Source: Candidatus Parcubacteria bacterium
Lineage (GTDB): Bacteria > Patescibacteriota > Patescibacteriia > Patescibacteriales > UBA12075
Assembly (NCBI GenBank): GCA_002869165.1
Contig: PKTK01000001.1
Location: 251,362 to 315,361 of the forward strand
Reading direction: 5' to 3'
DNA length: 64,000 nucleotides
Below are positions 20,210-26,766 of the stretch, in pieces. The first letter of the stretch is position 1, and each line of letters begins with the position of its first letter. The notes beneath the pieces are model-generated. The model made no database searches and was not told the DNA's origin. It saw only the letters and a list, made by a program, of their open reading frames with translations. Position numbers and translations under genes: made by a program.

Positions 20210-21007
20210 ATGAAAAAAATTGGTTTAGCATTAGGTGGAGGTGGTGCTAGAGGCTTAGCACATATTGGCGTACTCAAGATAATGGAAGAGGCTTTTTTGC
20301 GACCAGATTATATAGCTGGAACTAGCATGGGGGCTTTGGTTGGAGCTTTTTTAGCTCAAGGACAAACTAGTAAAGAAATGGAAGAAATTGCACACAGCTT
20401 TGAGCGAAAAAAAATACTGAAAATGGTGTTTGATTTTTCCATGAGCAGAAAATCAATTATTCGTGGTAAAAAAATAAGAACTGAGCTTGAAAAATTTTTT
20501 AACGATATTACTTTCGCTGATTTGAAAATTCCTTTTAAAGTTGTGGCTTGTGATGTGTATTCAGGTGAAGAGGTGGTGATAGGTGACGGGCCATTAGTTG
20601 ATGCTTTAATTGCCAGCATAAGTGTGCCAGGTATATTTCCTCCCTTTGAATTTGGTGATAGAGTGTTGATTGATGGGGGAGTAGTAAATCCTACGCCAAT
20701 TGATATTGTCAAAGAAATGGGAGCCGAGGTGGTTTTGGGGATAGATTTCATTACCAAAGATAAACGCGATAGTAATATGGAGCTAAGCCTGGTAAATAGT
20801 TTATTTCTTTCTTATGAAATAATAAGAACTAATGCAGCGAAATTTAAAATGCGTGAAGAAGCAAATGGAAATACAGTCCTAATAAAACCAGATTTTAGAA
20901 ATGTGATTGAGAGTTTTAAGTTCTATGAAATAGAGAAGTTTATTAAAGCTGGGGAAGTAGCAGCTAGGAAGAATATTAGTAAGATTCAAGAAATGGTTAA
21001 GAATTAA
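20210..21007 (+). CDS. patatin-like phospholipase
   Basis: 265 aa; oxyanion-hole GGGGARG, lipase GTSMG nucleophile elbow, catalytic DGG. Confidence 0.85.
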   Translation: MKKIGLALGGGGARGLAHIGVLKIMEEAFLRPDYIAGTSMGALVGAFLAQGQTSKEMEEIAHSFERKKILKMVFDFSMSRKSIIRGKKIRTELEKFFNDITFADLKIPFKVVACDVYSGEEVVIGDGPLVDALIASISVPGIFPPFEFGDRVLIDGGVVNPTPIDIVKEMGAEVVLGIDFITKDKRDSNMELSLVNSLFLSYEIIRTNAAKFKMREEANGNTVLIKPDFRNVIESFKFYEIEKFIKAGEVAARKNISKIQEMVKN

Positions 21008-21117
21008 AAATTAAGAATATCTATTATTATGTGTAATTCTGAATGAAGCGAAGAATCCTGAGGATAGTGTTTATTGTAAATAGATTTTTCACTGGCGCTT
21101 CAGAATAACAAAAAAAA

Positions 21118-21188
21118 TCGGAGATCGTCTAATGGTAGGACTCGAGGTTCTGGTCCTCGCTATCGGGGTTCGAATCCCTGTCTCCGAG
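21118..21188 (+). tRNA. tRNA-Gln (anticodon CUG)
   Basis: Manual cloverleaf: acceptor TCGGAGA/TCTCCGA (U1:A72, typical of bacterial tRNA-Gln), D-stem GTCT/GGAC, anticodon stem CGAGG/CCTCG with loop TTCTGGT, T-arm CGGGG-TTCGAAT-CCCTG, discriminator G; no encoded CCA. Confidence 0.8.
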
Positions 21189-21344
21189 CAAATTTATGAG
21201 CACCCTATTTGGGTGCTTTTAAATTTGTTTGGTGGCAGGTTTGAGAACCCTTACTAACACACATGTTAAAATAATTTAATTAAAAAATTATAGCTTAAAT
21301 ATGGATAACGGCACCTTTGTTGGTGAGAATCCCTGTCTCCGAGC
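21189..21344 (+). repeat. about 155-bp repeat unit, copy A: tRNA terminator hairpin, internal AT-rich segment, 18-nt copy of the tRNA-Gln 3' end
   Basis: GAGCACCCTATTTGGGTGC terminator at 21198; GAATCCCTGTCTCCGAGC at 21327-21344 is identical to 21172-21189; near-identical to 25849-25996. Confidence 0.8.
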
Positions 21345-21454
21345 TTAAAGAAAAAAGAATTATTTAAATAGCTATATAGTTATATAATTTTTCATATAAT
21401 GTCAAAATAAAAAGATTAGACTATGAAGTTGGTACGGCATAGATTAGACTTTTG

Positions 21455-21490
21455 GGCATGAAAAAAGGGAGCTCTAAGTTCAGAGCTCCC
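21455..21490 (-). terminator. rho-independent terminator for the minus-strand operon
   Basis: GGGAGCTCTGAACTTAGAGCTCCC hairpin followed by a T-run on the minus strand. Confidence 0.6.
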
Positions 21491-21509
21491 AAAAATGGTG
21501 ACGGTGGGT

Positions 21510-21725
21510 TTACCACTTGATATCATCGATATCAAAGCGTTTGCTATAACCGCCGTCCATGCCTTCGGCTTTGCCAATTCCCGGTATCGAGGTAGTCTCG
21601 TGGAATGAACCTTGAGCGAAGGTAAAATGCGAATTGCCGGCGCCCTTGAATACTGCGCCCCCCTCGAAAGTGTTGCTCAACGGAGCGATTTCGATATTGT
21701 TGGGTTTGAATATTGGTCCTGACAT
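21510..21725 (-). CDS. small Gly-rich protein of unknown function (71 aa)
   Basis: Start moved to the internal Met preceded by AGGAGGG RBS; locally elevated GC by eye; sequence MSGPIFKPNNIEIAPLSNTFEGGAVFKGAGNSHF... Confidence 0.45.
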   Translation of the reverse strand: MSGPIFKPNNIEIAPLSNTFEGGAVFKGAGNSHFTFAQGSFHETTSIPGIGKAEGMDGGYSKRFDIDDIKW

Positions 21726-21801
21726 AATTTGCCCTCCTTTTTTCTTTGCCTGCTTTATGCTTGGCAAAAATGGTAATTTAATACTATCACCTTAAGTAAA
21801 T

Positions 21802-22395
21802 TTAGTCAAGATCTAATAAATAACTAATTTTATTCTTAAGTGAATAATATTTAGTATTTGTTATTTGCTTGTTTTTGTAAGTCTTGAAAGCCTTTTTAAG
21901 GAGATAGTCACTTTTTTCTAGCAGGTAACTGAAGAGAATTACTTTTTTGTTATTTGCATAATAATCAGCAAAATAGTAATAACTTAAACTAAAAACAAGA
22001 TTCAATAAAGCAATTTCAAGGCTTAGTTTTTCGTAGTGCTCAGCACTCAGAAAGACTTGCTGTGCCATGTTTAAATGATGTTTTACGGTCGCATCAGAGG
22101 CATCCAGTGATCTTAATCTCTGAGTGCTTTGCAAAAGATCAAGTCCTGAAATTAATCTTCCGGTCAATAGAGGTTCTGATACTATTGGGTCAAATGATTT
22201 TAAGAAGTGGTCAAAATATCTATGCCCCACTATAGTAAAATCAAATTTTTCTATTTCAGTTCTGTCATAACAAATATCATTTTTACATAAAATAAAAATA
22301 TCTATATCTTTACCATTTTTGTTTCCGTATTGGTAGGCAGAAATTATATTTTCAATGCTAATATAATTAAGTAGATTAAATAGTAATATATTCAT
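21802..22395 (-). CDS. minimal nucleotidyltransferase-fold protein (Pol-beta superfamily), tentative
   Basis: 197 aa; YGNKNGKDIDIFIL fits the G[SN]-x-G-x-DxD NTase signature. Confidence 0.45.
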   Translation of the reverse strand: MNILLFNLLNYISIENIISAYQYGNKNGKDIDIFILCKNDICYDRTEIEKFDFTIVGHRYFDHFLKSFDPIVSEPLLTGRLISGLDLLQSTQRLRSLDASDATVKHHLNMAQQVFLSAEHYEKLSLEIALLNLVFSLSYYYFADYYANNKKVILFSYLLEKSDYLLKKAFKTYKNKQITNTKYYSLKNKISYLLDLD

Positions 22396-22735
22396 TACCT
22401 ATCTCCTTTTCGCAGGTTGTTAATGTTCCGAAATCTTACAATAGCTAATTATTGTAAAAATGTCAATAATCTTTTCTGATGGAATTCGAGATAATGAGTT
22501 TACAAAAGTCATAGATTTTGATTATAATTTATTAGTTAGTAGCTTAATTATACATCAGTCTGTGACTTTTTATTTATTATACCCAATTATAATAAAGATT
22601 TCATCTGAGATGCTTAAGATAAATATTAATGTTTATCTAGTTTTTTAGTTGAATGTAAAATTGATTACTGCTAAGAGCCGTAATTAATTTTGGTTCTAAC
22701 ATCGTCTACGACCCTGAGCCAAGAAATTTACAAAA

Positions 22736-22775
22736 AACACCGCTAATATTGGTTAGTATTGTCGGTGTTTTTTGT
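22736..22775 (+). terminator. rho-independent terminator
   Basis: ACACCG-loop-CGGTGT hairpin followed by TTTTTTG. Confidence 0.5.
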
Positions 22776-22781
22776 TTGGGT

Positions 22782-22796
22782 GACAGGGATTCGAAC
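22782..22796 (-). repeat. inverted 15-nt copy of the tRNA-Gln T-arm/acceptor sequence (GTTCGAATCCCTGTC)
   Basis: Plus strand reads GACAGGGATTCGAAC, the reverse complement of tRNA-Gln 21166-21180. Confidence 0.7.
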
Positions 22797-22834
22797 TAGA
22801 ATGGCTAATAATAGCGATTAGTATTGTTTTTAAA

Positions 22835-22863
22835 TTGACATTATAAGTGATTAATGATAATTT
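22835..22863 (+). promoter_or_regulatory. candidate sigma70-type promoter upstream of the radical SAM gene
   Basis: TTGACA, 17 nt, TAATTT. Confidence 0.3.
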
Positions 22864-22940
22864 GTAATGAACAATTATTTATAATTAAGATATTGAATAA
22901 ATATTAATAGTTCATTGAAAACTATAAAGGAGGTAGTAAT

Positions 22941-23984
22941 ATGTGCGAATCACAGGATATTAATACATGTTGGTTAACAGTTAATAGGTCTTGTCAATTG
23001 CGTTGTAAGTGGTGTTATGCGAAAGATGATGGATATGATGCAAAAAGTGATATGGATTTTTCTTTAGCAAAAAAGCTAATAAAAATTATTAAAAATCTTG
23101 GTTCGCAAACCTGTAAAATACTTGGCGGTGAACCATCTATCTACCCACATATAAAGGATGTTATAAATCAATTAAAGCTCCAACAAATCAGAAGTATCAT
23201 AATATCTAATGGTCTTCAATATTCAGATAAGAGTTTTATGCAAAAGCATTTTGATGCTGGCCTTGATAGCCTTGTAATATCATTAAAAGCTGGGACAGGG
23301 GAGTCATACAAACAACTGACTGGTGCTAATGTTATTAAAAAAGTATATCAAGCCATAAGTAATCTGGCCGATTTTCAAGGGGGAGTGACAATAACTATTG
23401 CAGACGAGATATCAGAAGAAATTATTCCTTCTCTTCGTTCTATTGTAGATACTGGAGCCCGTTTTGTAAATTTACATTTTTGTTCACCTACGCTCATATC
23501 TGGATCTCCTGAAAACCATTCAATGCTTTCACCTGATAAAGCCGCAGAGGTAATGATGAAGGCGGTTGATAGTTTAGAACAATTAAATGTATCATATAAT
23601 GTTCAGATATCGATTCCCTTTTGTCTTTTTAGTTCGGATTTTATTAATAGTCTGATTAATAAAAACTGTTTGACCTCAGGTTGTATTGTGAATAAAAAAA
23701 GTGGTATAATATTTGGAACCAGAGGAGAGGTAGGTTTTTGTAACCACATGATGGAGTACCCGTTCGGCCGTTATGGTATTGATTTTCATAATGCGACTGA
23801 ATTGCATGAATTGTACTTTAGTCAGGAGGAGTTTTTTAAAATGACTAATCGGGCTCCGAGCGAACAATGTCTAAGTTGCCCGGTTAAACATTTATGTTGC
23901 GGAGGATGCCCATTGCAATGGACTCAATTTCAACCCAATAAATATGTAAAAGGAGGTGAAAAATTTGTAGGTCAGAAATATTGA
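22941..23984 (+). CDS. radical SAM/SPASM-domain peptide-modifying enzyme
   Basis: 347 aa; N-terminal CQLRCKWC (CxxxCxxC radical SAM cluster motif); C-terminal Cys-rich SPASM-like region CLSCPVKHLCCGGCPLQ; RBS AAGGAGG. Confidence 0.85.
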   Translation: MCESQDINTCWLTVNRSCQLRCKWCYAKDDGYDAKSDMDFSLAKKLIKIIKNLGSQTCKILGGEPSIYPHIKDVINQLKLQQIRSIIISNGLQYSDKSFMQKHFDAGLDSLVISLKAGTGESYKQLTGANVIKKVYQAISNLADFQGGVTITIADEISEEIIPSLRSIVDTGARFVNLHFCSPTLISGSPENHSMLSPDKAAEVMMKAVDSLEQLNVSYNVQISIPFCLFSSDFINSLINKNCLTSGCIVNKKSGIIFGTRGEVGFCNHMMEYPFGRYGIDFHNATELHELYFSQEEFFKMTNRAPSEQCLSCPVKHLCCGGCPLQWTQFQPNKYVKGGEKFVGQKY

Positions 23985-24047
23985 TTATCAGAATGAAAGA
24001 CAAGTCAATTGATTTAAAACGTAAACTATTTTATTGGAGGTAAAAAA

Positions 24048-24218
24048 ATGAGTCAAAAAAACAAAAAACAAAAAAAGAAAAACGCTGCCGAAATGCTTTT
24101 AAAACATTCGTTGGCTTCTCAAGTTCATTTCGAGAAGCGCCCTATCGGATTGACCGGAAAATTTTCCTCACTTTGCGATGGCGATTGCGGTGACGGGGTT
24201 TGTGGTCAGTGCAACTAA
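24048..24218 (+). CDS. candidate RiPP precursor peptide (56 aa, Cys-rich C-terminus)
   Basis: Not in the ORF track (under 60 aa); RBS GGAGGT upstream; Lys-rich leader MSQKNKKQKKKN..., core ...SSLCDGDCGDGVCGQCN with four Cys in 13 residues; 63 nt downstream of the rSAM gene. Confidence 0.55.
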   Translation: MSQKNKKQKKKNAAEMLLKHSLASQVHFEKRPIGLTGKFSSLCDGDCGDGVCGQCN

Positions 24219-24236
24219 AACGTTTGCACTAAATTT

Positions 24237-24857
24237 CTAGTAGCCTTCCTTATTTTTAATAAGGAAGGTTTTTTCTTTAAAATTAAGATTATTAATGAGG
24301 TCGGTAGATATTTTTTTTGTTTGTTTTTGTGGTTTATAATTCAAACAAATATTTTTTAATATTTTGCTCATACAAAGAGCGTCAACGATAGCTTCTTTTT
24401 CCCAGTGAGATATATTGTATTTTTTTATAAATGGTTGTTCGATGATTATGTGTATTGTTTCATGAATAATCATTTTTAGTATCCAATTCGGAGAATTATT
24501 TAGCATTACAGAGATTTTATTAGGAGGAGAATATGAACCGCCTGGACCATAAATCGTAAAATAAACATTTACTGTATCAGGAGTGTTGTACCCAAAAAGT
24601 GAAAAATAATAATTAATAATCTTAGTATTCTCTACTATTAATCTTTTAAGTTGAGGTTTAAGTTCAGTGTAAATTTTATTTGCGGAAGGGAATTCTGTTT
24701 CTACGGCTTTAATAATTTCATCGTTTGAACTGTTTATATCAATTCTATTTGGTAACTTTATTTTATATCCATTTTTTTCAAACCAACCAAGTTTTGAAAC
24801 CATGTTTCTTGCATGTTCAATTTCGTTTTTTAATGTGTAATGTAATGTAAAATTCAT
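24237..24857 (-). CDS. hypothetical protein with HExxH motif (putative metallopeptidase)
   Basis: 206 aa; IIHETIHIII; convergent with the precursor gene. Confidence 0.5.
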   Translation of the reverse strand: MNFTLHYTLKNEIEHARNMVSKLGWFEKNGYKIKLPNRIDINSSNDEIIKAVETEFPSANKIYTELKPQLKRLIVENTKIINYYFSLFGYNTPDTVNVYFTIYGPGGSYSPPNKISVMLNNSPNWILKMIIHETIHIIIEQPFIKKYNISHWEKEAIVDALCMSKILKNICLNYKPQKQTKKISTDLINNLNFKEKTFLIKNKEGY

Positions 24858-25022
24858 ATACTTTTATCTTATAAAAATAAAATATTTATTATTTATTATT
24901 ATACAGTTATTAGGCGTTAAATCAATACACCATCATGACTAAATTATTATAAAGTTAAAATCAATTCAATTATTTATTATTAGCAAAAAAGGTTCGGAAG
25001 CTGTTCCTGTAAGCGAGCAAAT

Positions 25023-25203
25023 TTAAGAGCACCCTATTTGGGTGCTTTTAAATTTGTTTGGGAGACAGCGGAGTCGAACCCCTTTGAGGTATATTAATTT
25101 ATAGAATAATAATTACAAATCATCAAGTATAATATATATTTATCTAAAAGTGAAATGATGACGGTGTGAGGGTTCCCCCTCTTCGAATCCCTGTCTCCGA
25201 GCA
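25023..25203 (+). repeat. repeat unit copy C: terminator hairpin, TIR-like arm GGGAGACAGCGGAGTCGAACCCC, AT-rich core, 19-nt tRNA-Gln 3' end copy
   Basis: GAATCCCTGTCTCCGAGCA at 25185-25203; preceded at 24991-25019 by a degenerate tRNA 3'-end-like sequence GGTTCGGAAGCTGTTCCTGTAAGCGAGCA. Confidence 0.7.
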
Positions 25204-25254
25204 AGTAAAAAGTAGCTAGTTTTAGCTATTTATTTGTTTGATTAATTAAAGCCC

Positions 25255-25283
25255 TTGACAAGATTTATATAGTATGCTATTAT
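25255..25283 (+). promoter_or_regulatory. near-consensus sigma70 promoter (TTGACA-17-TATTAT)
   Basis: TTGACA at 25255-25260, a 17-nt spacer, TATTAT at 25278-25283. Confidence 0.5.
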
Positions 25284-25387
25284 GTATTTAACAATAAAAA
25301 ATATAAACCAACAAAAAAAAGAGGAATACAGTGATGTATCGAAACAGTCTCACAATCTGGCCCTTGGTAGATACATAGAAGTTAGTG

Positions 25388-25415
25388 CCTCGGATTTCGA
25401 TTCGAGGCTTTTTTT
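25388..25415 (+). terminator. rho-independent terminator
   Basis: GCCTCGGATTTCGATTCGAGGC hairpin followed by a T8 run. Confidence 0.65.
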
Positions 25416-25427
25416 TCTACATAAAAA

Positions 25428-25453
25428 GTTCCCACGTCGTTCAAGGTGGTGAG
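25428..25453 (+). repeat. 26-nt conserved motif GTTCCCACGTCGTTCAAGGTGGTGAG, copy 1 of 3
   Basis: Same-orientation copies at 25814-25839 and 28465-28490 with 2-3 mismatches. Confidence 0.75.
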
Positions 25454-25534
25454 TAATTAGCTTGACAGGCTATCTATATTATGATTTAATTACTTGAAAG
25501 CAAAAATAAAATTAAATTAACGGGGGAGGTAATA

Positions 25535-25750
25535 ATGTTGAGTAACTATTATTTTGTAAAAAAACAAAGAAGAAAAATAGAATTTATCGAATTGTTAATA
25601 TTTGTGTGCTCTACAGCAATTGGCGGAATAGGATTATATTTTGATGCAGGCCTTATTCGCTCAATACTACTTGCGTTAGTTTGTATGGTTATAGGTCTGT
25701 GTTGCACAAATCTTACTTTGAATCGAGTTTATAGAAAAGCGGGAGCATAG
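25535..25750 (+). CDS. small membrane protein (71 aa)
   Basis: GGGGAGG RBS upstream; two hydrophobic helices. Confidence 0.4.
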   Translation: MLSNYYFVKKQRRKIEFIELLIFVCSTAIGGIGLYFDAGLIRSILLALVCMVIGLCCTNLTLNRVYRKAGA

Positions 25751-25813
25751 ATCATCGAACAACAAGTCAAGAGTTAGGATAATGCACCTAGCTCTTTTTA
25801 TTTTTAGAAAAAA

Positions 25814-25839
25814 GTTCCAACGTCGTTCAGGGTGGTGAG
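25814..25839 (+). repeat. 26-nt motif, copy 2
   Basis: GTTCCAACGTCGTTCAGGGTGGTGAG. Confidence 0.75.
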
Positions 25840-25848
25840 CAACTTTAA

Positions 25849-25996
25849 GAGCACCCTATTTGGGTGCTTTTAAATTTGTTTGGTGGCAGGTTTGAGAACC
25901 CCTTCTAACACACATATTAAAATAATTTAATTAAAAAATTATAGCTTAAATATGAATAACGGCACCTTTGTTGGTGAGAATCCCTGTCTCCGAGCA
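25849..25996 (+). repeat. about 155-bp repeat unit, copy B (near-identical to copy A)
   Basis: Terminator hairpin GAGCACCCTATTTGGGTGC and internal segment match 21198-21344 with a handful of substitutions; ends with GAATCCCTGTCTCCGAGCAAAT. Confidence 0.8.
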
Positions 25997-25998
25997 AA

Positions 25999-26035
25999 TC
26001 AAAATAGACCCTTTTAGGGTCTTTTTTGATTTTCT
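25999..26035 (+). terminator. rho-independent terminator
   Basis: AGACCCTTTTAGGGTCT hairpin followed by a T6 run. Confidence 0.55.
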
Positions 26036-26036
26036 T

Positions 26037-26168
26037 GAGAGCAGAGGATTCGAACCCCTTTGAGAGACAATATTTGAATCACCGTCCTAAGAATGATTTA
26101 TTAAATGTGAATAAATAATACTTCCGTGCTACATGACGGAGTGGGGTTCCCGCCTCTTCGAATCCCTG
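26037..26168 (+). repeat. repeat unit copy D (diverged), ending in a partial tRNA-Gln 3' fragment CTTCGAATCCCTG
   Basis: Left arm GAGAGCAGAGGATTCGAACCCC parallels the copy C arm; right arm GGGGTTCCCGCCTCTTCGAATCCCTG parallels the copy C right arm. Confidence 0.6.
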
Positions 26169-26766
26169 ACCCTTGAAATATCTTTGTACTTTTTGTTACC
26201 TCTCTTTGGGCTAGAAATTTAAATGTTTTGTCAAGTAATAATTTGACCTATTTTTAACTAAGTTTTATAATGATTATAGTATTTGCGTAATACAAACTAA
26301 GATTACTTTATTTATTAAATAATTATTAAAAAAATGCTAAAAGAACCTAGCTTGATTCAAAAAAATAATCAAGAAAATAATCAAGATGTTCAAGAAAAAT
26401 TAGTTAAAAGAGAAGAATCTGTAAATTACGAAACGGAGTCTGGACATGAGGATGACACTCAAGAAAAAATAGCTCAAGTTAGATCCTGGTTAGAGAAAGA
26501 GCACTCAACCTAGACAGAGTTCACGGAAGCAGTAAAGAATCTACAAGAGGGAATAAAAAATGAAAAAAAAGAAATTGGTACATTCGGTATGCTACGTGGT
26601 CTTTGGGCCTCAACTCCGCCTGAAGCAAAAATGGATATAATTAGTGATTTTATATTTAATCCAAATAGATTGAAGCAAAGATATCACGAAGAGAAATATT
26701 TCCAACAAAACTTGAAAAGTCGATGGAATAAATAATTATTTACCGATTTGATATTATAAGAACTTT

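Noticed and set aside
20356-20757. Antisense 133-aa ORF inside the patatin gene (similar antisense ORFs occur at 45912-46256, 51062-51349, 54484-55314, 33027-34493 and elsewhere)
   Set aside because: They lie fully inside well-supported genes on the opposite strand and have no RBS. They are typical shadow ORFs.
20210-22395. Patatin plus nucleotidyltransferase as a CBASS-like defence pair
   Set aside because: The NTase is only 197 aa (CD-NTases are 300 aa or more). The two genes are on opposite strands, separated by a tRNA and repeat units, and the patatin is contiguous with dnaX as apparent core genome.
22460-22648. 62-aa plus-strand ORF in AT-rich intergenic DNA
   Set aside because: It has no RBS and an extreme AT, low-complexity translation. 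It overlaps the probable promoter region of the minus-strand NTase operon.
25023-26168. Repeat units C and D as intron-containing or minus-strand tRNA genes
   Set aside because: The T-arm-like and acceptor-like 3' portions have no complementary 5' acceptor strand or D-arm and no anticodon arm can be built. They are treated as tRNA-fragment-containing repeat termini instead.
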